DNA of 64,000 nucleotides from Roseibium sp. (GTDB lineage Bacteria; Pseudomonadota; Alphaproteobacteria; Rhizobiales; Stappiaceae): NCBI RefSeq assembly GCF_965233565.1, contig NZ_OZ247494.1, positions 4,011,246 to 4,075,245 of the forward strand, read 5' to 3'. Shown piece by piece: positions 28,701 to 32,421 of this stretch (position 1 is its first letter; each line of letters starts with the position of its first letter). The notes under the pieces were generated by a model. It saw only the letters and a program-made list of their open reading frames with translations, ran no database searches and was not told where the DNA came from. The position numbers and the translations under genes were made by a program.

Positions 28701-29108
28701 CTGATGATGTCGCAGGGAACGGAAAACGACGACACCCTGATCGGCTTCAATGGAGATGATGTTCTGTCGGCCAGCGGTGGTAATGACACGGTGCAGGGCG
28801 GTAAGGGCAATGACACACTCAACGGTGAAGCCGGTAACGACATGCTCACCGGCGGTTCGGGGAGTGATACATTTGTCTTTACCGACACATCAAACGGCTC
28901 CGACACCATCACCGATTTTGCCGCCGGAGAAGGCGCTGGCGACGTCCTGGAGTTCGGGTCGACCCTGTTCGCCGATTTCGCGTCGGTTCTGGCCGCGGCG
29001 TCCGATGATGGCTCGGACACCTCGATCGACCTGTCCGGTGGCGACATCCTGATGCTGGAAGGGGTCGTCGTCTCCGATCTGCACGCGGACGATTTCCGTT
29101 TTGTGTAA
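7797..29108 (+). CDS. Giant (7,103 aa) type I-secreted RTX protein: RTX/HCBP repeats, about 17 dystroglycan-type cadherin-like (He_PIG/CADG) domains and 2 cadherin-like tandem repeats; adhesin/toxin-like
   Basis: One uninterrupted ORF (start TTG 7797 or ATG 7803). It has dozens of GGxGxDxLx repeats, 'FADGTVW' HCBP modules and VNDAP...LPSWLSFDAATRTFSGTP domains. There is no N-terminal signal peptide, and the C-terminus DLHADDFRFV is typical of a T1SS signal. Confidence 0.95.
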   Translation: MKMGAASEYYFPEEENNKLLDSFTSSAIAFVTALVEGKHEQTQQFGVVAKIVGRAGDFYEAVNVWQDGENIWVAGSRYSIEKEGIAAASIALRGLAVGLIGAVGVPIAAGSTASIVVGAVAIGVTTVLYELFASDYVEDVWDDLWGTQDVRVELTQAGKLLGGAKYKDNLDGTPMEAVVDLLREAERRGELGQPDIATRIQIYEADELKHTVKFLTGEHHNTDPYFEMAMLFGYSSSEIKNWSVGDAKNKDHLAFYKPGNQDGFTLALEGEEVSIQHRVYQEGSAATVAFKAVSASALSFKSDDGGARLIIKDGDGSIVFGGYGSQTLKGTSGVDYLHGDGLRADSDVSGSDTLYGNGGNDYLFGGKGSDHLFGGDDADHLFGDEGTDTLDGGEGEHVDIMVGGSGKDTFIGGLGKDVIWGGDIKQETDSEDDTANFSNVGDGGLKVLVNGNPGFSHVVSIDNDGKVDTKLHAVENIILSNENDRFVPVTGGSLTNSVLKMIDGGDEAGDEGDVLDFSLMTPSGITLKDGKIKTSSTDELQFKNFETVIGTVSDDVIHATELNGADKQVTLRGNKGDDELHGHDGDNVLSGGIGSDTFYGGTGADEIWGGDVDQVTDTEFDTVSFENLQHGLNAEHEEIVGGEPGAIKVHYSDYDVNTKIYAAEKLVLTNFEDTYFVKDLGFLRVVKELEVDGGGDGQTGDFLDFSDLDEGITLRDGVLEGTNARFTNFEAILGTFQQDRYIVTDLETLRNDTRFEVDALDDEGKGDILDFSRISESITFRDGVVEGTNAEFTDFETIILTDEDDRVEIPALGDGTTFAMGLGDNKVVVTDDGGQPSDPSAITRIDFDLENATEKQTQHIVGNADLDRAIASNGVLTFNGKQIVGGAAFDFNRYEKHTGDFEAYSPLLGDQQYQPVLLISDWFEAKVENVGYLFGIASDLIDPGIGLGTPGTGFGAGLGLPLFFGNVAVEEAMRWDNKWVNAYSQEIIGAHGEIYRVFDQETGKRAFEVTGDGVYRLEISFKGDDFAAPQTMVVENWRQGDFGIKLRADGWENGYETGTNRNGNFDPIEGPKENAQIQATLASLNLIPPSADPIEETQEEGGAPVEAMAMAAAAASPEPASAEGPVEGAAAAADEAPAIEDIPLQRNGNSGDNTLTGSSGDDQFNGGQGNDTLSGGEGVDTYIFARGDGANVIFDASASGNILKFVDIDTATLAYADVAGDTEGVTDRQITFGDGDTVLIKNWSTLDQAARDAWTVETLTSPAQTPDNEDDLPNLVEYPNELTGGAEDDIIDGGAKEDLITGNGGNDTLVGAGGNDQIFGNDGNDRILGGAGNDRLFGHDGDDSLFGGANDDYIDSGAGFDEITGGRGNDRIIAGDGGSNIYFNSGDGQDIVTVNDTTGYFSNGEQTDTLIFGEGISASDIRLVRSADDPLAITFLIGDNGDAITVTNQFDPVGNFTDGLDFVRFADGEVWDRARIKDVFLEQQTTAGDDTLIGFEDSDDALAATSGNDLLAGGSGNDSYFWVRGSGDDTITDSSGFDRLVFGPDIEPSDISVEVLKFIETADGLNTAKHDLKITIAGPDGGSVYLSNLMKEAGEGIDTIAFEDGTIWDAAYLADLALDGQVGATADTVFGSGYGDVINGGGGNDTLYGGGGSDTLLGGEGDDVLHGYDENDFITSHSKYTDGGDTLNGGAGNDTLFGGFGNNRYVFDAGFGRDRILTDFATQNTIGDNGGRETVVFTAHTLADFELTFTPDPDDADKGTLTFQVIGADDRLDIVNHPSILDVADKSDFVTLYEFADGETVGIAEIAKLAQIAGTADISTVGTSAGESLSGGTGSDLLNGGGGDDTLKGGEGADALIGGSGSDTLNGGAGDDLLFGNAGTDTLAGGDGDDIVLGGAGNDTLSGGAGSDTLNGGAGDDHLAGGSGNDVLEGGAGADTYYFSRGDGQDVIRAQSDGGAALDTLVFNQGISQTVVTYSLDGTDLVIDFLNGSFDRVTVEDYLGKGYLHLQFADGSTATAREVLATLTGATDANEDTRDLPNADQQTIITGGKGNDLLVENDNVSRNTFVFVKGDGQDQVLAKEGVVIGETHELLIIGFDRTDAQFIQDGESVRIRFDGADDEILLSDQLTELNQWGVDSISFGSGETLTRSQLRQLLVTQQTTAGDDVIETSATGTYGDFATELKGGEGNDTLIGSKNTDTYRYELGDGSDVIIDASTSSATDSLSFGAGIRVQDVSFARSGTADDDVVVTLADGNTITLVDQMTGTGKGIEQITFANGDVLTGDFIRSQILDASGNTGDDTVIGTASGETLSGGAGQNTLIGGEGGDTYLVGAGNDTIEETGSTGTDQLMVLDGISEADIRFWRDPAQPDDLVLSFASGANVRVNDQFANTAIERIVFADGKVIDAAGIAQRVLEGSQSDADDYVVGTDGNDWIDAGAGNDEIHLGAGADVIEFGRSDGQDRVSSPVADTSADTLLLKSGVAPRDIVLSVVGSDLLVAITGTTDALTVKDYFDVSGAAPVVVGTLTTFAFDDGTVWLVSDILERAVDTAPQANGSVLDQTVDEDGAFVLDLPEGLFSDAEDGSLQLSARLADGSQLPAWLTFADGRFTGTPGNADVGTLDIVVVATDASGKQAESAFRLEIENVNSTPELVATPAPVDAGAGQALTYVFDAAQVSDPEADPLDFSAKLADGSDLPAWLSFDAQTLTFSGTVPADADGILTVHLLASDGDAVLTVPLHFVTGADSEAPVVANAPADLATAEDGAFTFTLPADVFADATQNDVLTVSARLADGSALPDWLSFDDATATFSGTPANEDVGALNIEVTATDLAGNTVSTSFLLTVTDTNDAPTVTGTWEAHVATEGELLSWSPDYGIFSDQDQGDQLTYSATLFGGAPLPDWLSFDGQAFTGTPEDGDTGILALTVVATDGSGATAQQSFYMVVSPVNDAPVAVGTIDDQSLHEDDTISFVLPEALFEDADNTGHALTLSLENGEPLPDWMTYDPATRTFQADPPASLLDLYEGTRVYTVKVTATDALGASASVNFEISIYDDNPGTTVTGTDGDDELVATFGPDVIDGGAGNDLLQGSYGKDTFLFGPGSGNDTIDPDVPVYSADSVGDIVRFTGGLAADDIVITRTGSNDNLTDLVITITATGETLTVLDQFGSLGESKNVITRFEFADGTVWTDADVIARFTTATDQADTLLGDGFDNVIAGGKGDDALSGSYGDDELHGGEGTDTLDGGSGDDTYILTLGDGIDTILADSKRSDTNYISFGEGITPADLVIYGNLDSSDLLPIPAGVDLNPYEMYIGLADGSAGFVVVNQFKTGFTDDGISGFKFQDGSVYLLNELVPLVSGGNGGGLAVGTSGEDTLRAAFGDTTFDGGAGDDTLEGGAGNDTFVYELGDGNDSIRDDNEALSFDRLEFGSGINIDDVKFVRASWLSLDVEILPTGEVIRLNSFFTLNTKGFYEKPIDEIVFGNGEVLTYQNIVDLMLEGTSGDDHLTGLEYENDILDGGAGDDRLEGYGGDDTYIFGTGYGSDTIHADNRNIWNTPNVTTVQFKDGLRFDDLTFTFDDASDTWQASIDGTGDVLTFNMDDSAHISHTWVFTFDDGEKVYHSELITRHQLENGLHQDGDTIIDGTSASETISGTSADEVITGGAGDDYIKSSSGSDTIIYRRGDGTDRIHDSGSSVFETDVLCLEGFAADEVRLGRNGDDLYILFEGSSDYIQVDDQFEYGTYSKTHNGERTRFDKYEGLEAIVFDDGSFLSRHDIKSQAVLTGNPTTSETINGSSEADTYYISRDFGDDVINENSSDLQVVDRLVLGPNILLGDVTFSRVNGGEDLLINIGAGEGSLTIRDQFVDATQGLEEIEFSDGTILNRGQILETVEALTAGDDQVLGSGADDVLNGLGGQDEIDGARGDDQLQGGAGNDTLTGGEGEDLLIGGTGDDVLSGGAGTDAYRFSVGDGADTINDQGADLEEYDTLYLTGGIRTTDVTVERSADGNDLILKVGDGGDQITLEDRLVSGTAGVDLVSFDDGTVWNYDALLRLSDGTQLAAPVAADDVLYRAPGAQWLSIDIQSLLINDTDADGDILFIQSFGTVSQGTVAFDEFGGILLGDEAGFGTGDVTFTYTVSDGLQTAEATVTVRIGDFVNTSPIATDDDGLSVLQGAALIVSAAELLANDTDLDGDAIGIQSVGAAQNGIVELDPHGNIRFVPNANFVGSTSFDYTVSDGRGGTATATVVVEVLGDANDAPIVVTPMGAHTIDEDNTVLLTVPQATFHDADGDVLTYSAALSDGSPLPAWLTFDPETRVFSGTPPQDFNGTLSLKVIASDGEASAEEIFDLVINPVNDAPELQTAIADQAAAEDSAWTFTLPENTFLDVDGDALTYSATLVDGSALPSWLSFDAATRTFSGTPPQDGAGTLSLKVVASDGEASVEDTFDLVIGRVNDAPVVSNAIANQSVDEDTAWSFTVPEGTFTDADGDALTYSATLGDGSALPSWLSFDATARTFSGTPPQDFNGTVSLKVVASDGTETGEDVFDLVINPVNDAPELETAIADLAAAEDSAWTFTLPENTFQDVDGDVLTYSATLEDGSALPSWLSFDAATRTFSGTPPQDGAGTLSLKVVASDSEASVEDTFDLVIGRVNDAPVVSSAISNQSVDEDTSWSFTVPEGTFTDADGDALTYSATLGDGSALPSWLSFDAATRTFSGTPPQDFNGTVSLRVVASDGTETGEDVFDLVINPVNDAPELEAEIADQSAAEDVAWSFTVPADAFADIDGDALTYSATLGDGSALPSWLSFDAATRTFSGTPPQDGAGTLSLKVVASDGEASAEDTFDLVIDRVNDAPVVASAIADQSVDEDTAWSFTVPEGTFTDADGDALTYSATLGDGSTLPSWLSFDAATRTFSGTPPQDFNGTVSLKVVASDGTETGEDIFDLVITPVNSAPIVAASIIDQVGTESEAWSYTVPADAFTDADGDALTYSATLADGSALPVWLSFDASTRTFSGIPPQEAVGTLSLKVIASDGSASAEDVFDLVIAVSGEVTSNTIEKVSGGSDWYNGLAASVEALVGAGYIQSTAVDAGKKVDIGASVAGSQNDTSIDFYIWLTGSEIRIKENGSVVATVGSYADGDTFAIERLEDGTLQYLKNGTVLYTSSTKVDPSIALHAHMSLYDEGTVLADTGISTGGGAPQLVNWQLDPTLVILDTVPVPTPTWTGTDGVDQLWLTDADDVIDAGKGDDDINSAKGSDTFLWRKGDGNDTFGVSADAGDIDEIFLVDVTQGEVALGVDPDWTNHITITITSTGEVITLTDQLGSDNTGSRFDQLRFANGETWDFAMLAERATMAGNTIEKISGGDDWYNGLAASMESLTGAGYIQSTAVDASAHLDIGASIAGSQDDTSIDYYIWLRGGNEVRIKENGSVVATFGGYSDGDTFAIERLADGSLQYLKNGSVFYTSSTTVDVSTPLHAHMSLYTEGSKLANTVISTGGGEPQLVHWVLDDTLDVVGDNGNSAPIVAASIVDQIGTESEAWSYTVPADAFTDADGDALTYSATLADGSALPVWLSFDASTRTFSGTPPQEAVGTLSLKVIASDGSASAEDVFDLVIAVSGEVTSNTIEKVSGGSDWYNGLAASVEALVGAGYIQSTAVDAGKKVDIGASVAGSQNDTSIDFYIWLTGSEIRIKENGSVVATVGSYADGDTFAIERLEDGTLQYLKNGTVLYTSSTKVDPSIALHAHMSLYDEGTVLADTGISTGGGAPQLVNWQLDPTLVILDTVPVPTPTWTGTDGVDQLWLTDADDVIDAGKGDDDINSAKGSDTFLWRKGDGNDTFGVSADAGDIDEIFLVDVTQGEVALGVDPDWTNHITITITSTGEVITLTDQLGSDNTGSRFDQLRFANGETWDFAMLAERATMAGNTIEKVSGGDDWYNGLAASMESLTGAGYIQSTAVDASAHLDIGASIAGSQDDTSIDYYIWLRGGNEVRIKENGSVVATFGGYSDGDTFAIERLADGSLQYLKNGSVFYTSSTTVDVSTPLHAHMSLYTEGSKLANTVISTGGGEPKLVHWVLDDTLDVVDSPNSAPVVSGSISDQSIGEDTAWSFSVAADAFSDADGDSLTYSATLGDGSALPAWLSFDAATRTFSGTPPQDFNGTITLKIVASDGAETAEDVFDLVIDPVNDAPVVVYDVPDLSLEEDTAWSYTIPEFPFSDPEGDQITVTAALADGSPLPSWLNFNPGNGQFSGTPPQNYHGTLSLKLIGSDGTDSTEEFFDIVVNSVNDAPVLAVPVNDQGAVENATWSFTVPADAFTDIDGDALSYSATLEDGSALPSWLSFDAATRTFSGSPPAGTAGTLALRIIASDGSVSAEDVFNLEIEADSSTEADILGTADADTLDGTSADEVIAGLAGNDTINGGAGDDTLDGGEGDDNLNGSSGNDTYIYRLGDGADTITETYSKGSADRLELGSGILASEVTATRSASDKDDITLHFTDGGSIFLNEHFYDAYNRQHAGVEQIAFADGTVWGAADIMSHYFDNAISAGNDTVIGFNQADDVIDTGAGDDLITTYAGADVITGGLGNDEIHGGAGDDVYFYNLGDGNDTIVETYNNGSGDRLELGAGINAADVTITRSASDKDDITLHFTDGGSIFFDEHFYDAFNRKQAGVEQIVFAGGTVWGAADIMSHYFGNAISAGNDTVIGFNQGDDVIDTGAGDDLITTYAGADVITGGLGNDEIHGGAGDDVYFYDLGDGNDKIVETYNNGSGDRLELGAGINAADVTITRSASDKDDITLHFTDGGSIFLDEHFYDAFNRKQAGVEQIAFAGGTVWGAADIMSHYFDNAISAGNDTVIGFNKGDDVIDTGDGDDLITTYAGADVITGGLGNDEIHGGAGDDVYIYELGDGNDKIIETYNNGAGDRLELGAGILASQVGIQMSSSDDDDVTLLFADGGSIILDEQFYDSFNRKQAGVEEIVFDDGTTWSHDDLRLMMSQGTENDDTLIGFNGDDVLSASGGNDTVQGGKGNDTLNGEAGNDMLTGGSGSDTFVFTDTSNGSDTITDFAAGEGAGDVLEFGSTLFADFASVLAAASDDGSDTSIDLSGGDILMLEGVVVSDLHADDFRFV
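15430..16935 (+). repeat. First block of 5 divergent cadherin-like (CADG/He_PIG) domains in the giant gene
   Basis: Five units of about 100 aa, each containing L..G..LP.WL.F; starts at DTAPQ, VNSTP, SEAPV, TNDAP and VNDAP. Confidence 0.8.
20524..22900 (+). repeat. Tandem 297-bp (99-aa) CADG repeat array, 8 units, alternating A/B types over most of its length (594-bp superperiod)
   Basis: VN(D/S)AP codons recur at about 20820, 21117, 21414, 21711, 22008, 22305 and 22602. Units 1-7 alternate PQDFNGT and PQDGAGT; unit 8 (PQEAVGT) belongs to the 1,698-bp duplication. Confidence 0.92.
22604..25999 (+). repeat. Near-identical 1,698-bp (566-aa) tandem duplication
   Basis: CAACTCTGCCCCAATTGTTGCTGCCTCGATT occurs at 22604 and 24302. 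Shadow ORFs are duplicated at exactly +1698 (22746/24444, 23291/24989, 23931/25629). Confidence 0.95.
27050..28720 (+). repeat. About 3.7 tandem 453-bp (151-aa) RTX+HCBP units
   Basis: GTCGCATTA recurs at 27341, 27794 and 28247 (period 453). The protein unit is GGAGDDVY...DRLELG...AGVEQI.F..GTVWGAADIMSHYF.NAISAGNDTVIGFN. Confidence 0.92.
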
Positions 29109-29137
29109 CTGAGACAGTACAGGCTGGTGCAACACAG

Positions 29138-29170
29138 TTGGCAGGCGCGATAATAGCGTCTGCCAATTTG
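29138..29170 (+). terminator. Probable intrinsic terminator after the giant RTX gene
   Basis: Hairpin TTGGCAGGCGC-gataata-GCGTCTGCCAA followed by TTTG, 30 nt after the stop. The U-tract is short. Confidence 0.55.
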
Positions 29171-29464
29171 CATGATATCCCGCAGTTGTGGCGCGTCTCA
29201 GGAACCGCGTAACCTGAGGCCGCAGGATTCCGCCAGTTTGCGGCACGAACCGTTGCACTGATTGCTGTTAGAAAGAGCAGGATCTCCGGATCCCAAGGCA
29301 CGCTGCAAGCGCAAGTCGGCAGGATCCAGTTGCAACGGATTTTGTGCAGATTGAAATCAGTCGGAACAAGTTGCGGGCAGAGCACCGTTTTGCCGGGACT
29401 GATGACAAGCCAGAGAATCGCATCAAGGATTAGCGATTAAGATACAGTATCTTATCAAGAAGAA

Positions 29465-29554
29465 TGGCGGAGAGAGAGGGATTCGAACCCTCGGAACGCT
29501 TGCGCGCTCAACGGTTTTCGAGACCGCCCCGTTCGACCACTCCGGCACCTCTCC
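29465..29554 (-). tRNA. tRNA-Ser (anticodon CGA), 90 nt with long variable arm and encoded CCA
   Basis: The reverse complement reads GGAGAGGTGCCGGAGTGGTCGAACGGGGCGGTCTCGAAAACCGTTGAGCGCGCAAGCGTTCCGAGGGTTCGAATCCCTCTCTCTCCGCCA. Confidence 0.97.
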
Positions 29555-29591
29555 GCGGCACTATGAGAAAAACGGGTCTCAAGTGGCGCGG

Positions 29592-29620
29592 AACATAGAC
29601 AGACTGCGCCGCTATCGCAA
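29592..29620 (-). promoter_or_regulatory. Putative sigma70 promoter of tRNA-Ser
   Basis: The minus strand has TTGCGA-N17-TATGTT followed by a GC-rich discriminator (CCGCGCC). Confidence 0.6.
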
Positions 29621-29932
29621 GACCGGAATTGAGGAAAATTTCAGGGTGTGGATTTGACCGAATTAGCCATGTCTGCCGAGTGATTGAAGGCAGTGCACGG
29701 GCGGTTGCATGCTGGATGCGGTCTTGCCCGGATCTCGGCCTCAACCGTCGGCGGAACCGTGCCTGAACGGCGCACCTTGAAACGATCCACACCGGCAGCG
29801 TCAGCAACGCCATCACAGGCACATATCTCTCATGTGTGATACCATGGTGCAAACAAGCGGGTGTCGGCTCAAACCATCCGGCCAATAGATTCAAAGACAA
29901 GGCCCTTCCTGGACCCGGAGGTATATTTCCGT

Positions 29933-29960
29933 TTGACATCGGGAGCTGGCCGACTATATT
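29933..29960 (+). promoter_or_regulatory. Putative sigma70 promoter of rplU-rpmA
   Basis: TTGACA-N16-TATATT, about 210 nt upstream of the rplU start. Confidence 0.7.
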
Positions 29961-30173
29961 GCGCGGGCTCGAAAAGGTTCGCTTTTTCGGGTTTTGTTTG
30001 TCGTTCCAGGCCTGCCGGGCTTTCAAAGCTTCACGCTCAACCCCGTCACAAAGACCTGTCAGCCGGATTTGCCGGAGAGACAGGCGCCTCGTGTTCGACC
30101 GAGAAAACAGCCGGTTGCGGTGCTATACGCTCGCCTCTGGTGTGTCAAAAACGAAAAGAAGGACGTGCGAGAC

Positions 30174-30785
30174 ATGTTCGCAGTGATCAAGACCGGCGGC
30201 AAGCAGTATACCGTCGCCGCAGACGACCTCCTGAAGGTCGAAAAACTGGACGCCGAAGCCGGCAGCTCCGTCACCTTTGACGAAGTGCTCATGGTTGGCA
30301 ACGGCACCGACACCACCGTTGGCGCACCGACCGTTGAAGGTGCCAGCGTTGTTGCGGAAGTGGTCGAACAGGGCCGTAACCGCAAGGTCATCATTTTCAA
30401 GAAGCGCCGGCGTCAGAATTCCCGCCGCCGCAACGGCCACCGTCAGTCCTTCACCCTCGTCAAGGTGACCGACATTCTGACCGGTGGTGCAAAGCCGGCC
30501 AAGAAGGCAGCGCCGAAAAAGGCTGCGCCGAAGGCTGAAGAAACCGCTGAAGCGGCTCCGGCCGCTGCAGAAGCCGCACCGGCTGCTGCAGACGACCTGA
30601 AGAAACTGGACGGCGCCGGTCCGGCAGCTGTAAAAAAACTGAACGAGGCAGGCATCACCACCTTCGCTCAGATCGCAGCTCTGACCGCCGACGATGTCGC
30701 CCGCGTTGAAGAAGAAACCGGCCTGAAAGGCAAGTTCGAGCGCGGTAACTGGGTTGAACAGGCCAAGGAACTGGCAGGCAACTAA
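30174..30785 (+). CDS. rplU: 50S ribosomal protein L21 with C-terminal Ala/Lys linker and helix-hairpin-helix extension
   Basis: [12 protein letters not shown]...[16 protein letters not shown]. The real start is ATG 30174, not the ORF track's 29994. Confidence 0.97.
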   Translation: MFAVIKTGGKQYTVAADDLLKVEKLDAEAGSSVTFDEVLMVGNGTDTTVGAPTVEGASVVAEVVEQGRNRKVIIFKKRRRQNSRRRNGHRQSFTLVKVTDILTGGAKPAKKAAPKKAAPKAEETAEAAPAAAEAAPAAADDLKKLDGAGPAAVKKLNEAGITTFAQIAALTADDVARVEEETGLKGKFERGNWVEQAKELAGN

Positions 30786-30840
30786 GCCGCCGTTTCAGGT
30801 CCGTTAGATTTAAGAATTCGAAGAACGAGGAGTTCTCACG

Positions 30841-31110
30841 ATGGCACATAAAAAGGCAGGCGGTTCGTCCCGCAACGGCCGCGACTCAGCTGGCCGCCGT
30901 CTCGGCATCAAGAAATATGGCGGGGAAGCAGTGATTCCCGGCAACATCATCGCGCGTCAGCGCGGCACCACCTGGCACCCGGGCACCGGCGTTGGTATGG
31001 GCAAGGACCATACCATCTTCGCGACCGTGGAAGGCAAGGTAGAGTTCCAGGCGAAAGCCAACAAGCGAACCTACATTAACGTGCTCCCGGTAGCGGAAGC
31101 AGCGGAGTAA
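30841..31110 (+). CDS. rpmA: 50S ribosomal protein L27
   Basis: [16 protein letters not shown]...RQRGT. Confidence 0.98.
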   Translation: MAHKKAGGSSRNGRDSAGRRLGIKKYGGEAVIPGNIIARQRGTTWHPGTGVGMGKDHTIFATVEGKVEFQAKANKRTYINVLPVAEAAE

Positions 31111-31194
31111 AGCCGACGTGAAGTTTCGAAACGCCGGCGTCCCATTCGACCCCGGCAATTCGAGATGAGGCCAACAACCGGCCAGTCAGAATTC

Positions 31195-31235
31195 CAAGGG
31201 GGAGATGGGGCGCCATCTCTCCCTTGATTTGTTTT
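31195..31235 (+). terminator. Terminator-like hairpin between rpmA and the GNAT array
   Basis: 14-bp stem CAAGGGGGAGATGG-ggcg-CCATCTCTCCCTTG (one G.T pair) followed by ATTTGTTTT. Confidence 0.6.
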
Positions 31236-31246
31236 GGCTGGAGGAA

Positions 31247-31855
31247 ATGATGGTTGTTGAAAGTGATGGTCTGTTAGACGAGAGCAGTTTGGTCGCGGCC
31301 CCGTTGCCGCAGGACGCGGTTCGTGTGCGGCTCGACCAGCCGCGGGCGGACGACCTGGCCGATCTGGTGTTTTTGGCCAACAACAAGATCGTGGCGGCGA
31401 ACCTCGCCACAATGCCCCATCCGTTCTCGCTGGAAGATGGCCGGGCGCTGATTGCCAAGGCGCATCAGGCAAAACCCCAATCCGCGACCTTTGCCATCCG
31501 GCTGAAGAGCACCGGCCGGCTGATCGGCGTGGCTCGCTATGCCAATGTCGAGCCGGGCGGCCCGATCCATGTCGGCTACTGGCTGGGCGAACCCTTCTGG
31601 GGGCAGGGCTTTGCAACCGAGGCGGTGCATGCGCTGGTCGACCACGCCTTTACCTATCACGACATTGAAGAACTGCAGGGCTCCTGCCGCGTCACCAATC
31701 CGGCTTCGCGCAGGGTTCTGGTGAAATCAGGGTTCCAGTTCCGGGACCAGGCCATGATCCGCTCCGTTGGGGCGGGCGGCTCGGTGCCGATCGAACGCTA
31801 CACGCTGGAACACGCTGTCTGGAAGTCGTTGAAAGGATGGGGGCAAGGACGATGA
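31247..31855 (+). CDS. RimJ/RimL-type GNAT acetyltransferase (1 of 4)
   Basis: GYWLGEPFWGQGFATEA and NPASRRVLVKSGF motifs. Start ATG 31247 or 31250 behind GGAGG. Confidence 0.88.
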   Translation: MMVVESDGLLDESSLVAAPLPQDAVRVRLDQPRADDLADLVFLANNKIVAANLATMPHPFSLEDGRALIAKAHQAKPQSATFAIRLKSTGRLIGVARYANVEPGGPIHVGYWLGEPFWGQGFATEAVHALVDHAFTYHDIEELQGSCRVTNPASRRVLVKSGFQFRDQAMIRSVGAGGSVPIERYTLEHAVWKSLKGWGQGR

Positions 31856-32421
31856 GCATGTTACCGGAACTGAAAACCCGACGTCTGGTTCTGCGGCCGA
31901 TCGCCATGAGCGACGCCGAGGCCATGGTGGCGCTTGCAGGCAAGGATTTTGAAGTTGCCCGCTGGCTGACATCCTTTACCTGGCCCTATGAGGACGGAGC
32001 GGCGGAAAGCTTTCTCAAAACGGTGGTTGGCAAGGATCCGTTCGAGACCGAGGCCCTGTTTGCGATCACGCTGGGTGGCGTGTTCATCGGTGTTGTTGCC
32101 ATCGAGCCTCCGGGCGACCTGGAAGATCTCGCCGACCTGCCGACGCTTGGCTATTGGCTCGGCCGCGCCTTCCAGGGTCATGGGTATGCCAGTGAGGCTG
32201 TGGAGGCGGCCCTGGCCTGGGCTTTCGAGGCGTTTCACACCGAGGCAATCGCGGCGCGCGCCTTTGAGGAGAACTTCCGCTCGCGAGGCCTTCTGCGCAA
32301 GCTGGGGTTCAAGCCCTATTCCATGACCGAGCGTTTTTCCAAGGCGCTGGATCGGCGGGTGTCGAACGTTGTCGTGCGCTTGTCGCGGGCCGATTTCGAA
32401 GCCGGGCGGAAAGCGGCATGA
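31852..32421 (+). CDS. RimJ/RimL-type GNAT acetyltransferase (2 of 4)
   Basis: LKTRRLVLRP, GYWLGRAFQGHGYASEA and N..SRGLLRKLGF motifs; ATGA overlap with the upstream gene. Confidence 0.88.
   Translation: MSMLPELKTRRLVLRPIAMSDAEAMVALAGKDFEVARWLTSFTWPYEDGAAESFLKTVVGKDPFETEALFAITLGGVFIGVVAIEPPGDLEDLADLPTLGYWLGRAFQGHGYASEAVEAALAWAFEAFHTEAIAARAFEENFRSRGLLRKLGFKPYSMTERFSKALDRRVSNVVVRLSRADFEAGRKAA

Noticed and set aside
20524-28720. CRISPR-like or non-coding tandem arrays
   Set aside because: All periods (297, 594, 1698, 453) are multiples of three and lie in frame within the giant CDS. There are no short repeats with unique spacers and no cas genes.
29508-30026. 172-aa minus-strand ORF
   Set aside because: It runs through the rplU promoter, the tRNA promoter and into the tRNA itself.
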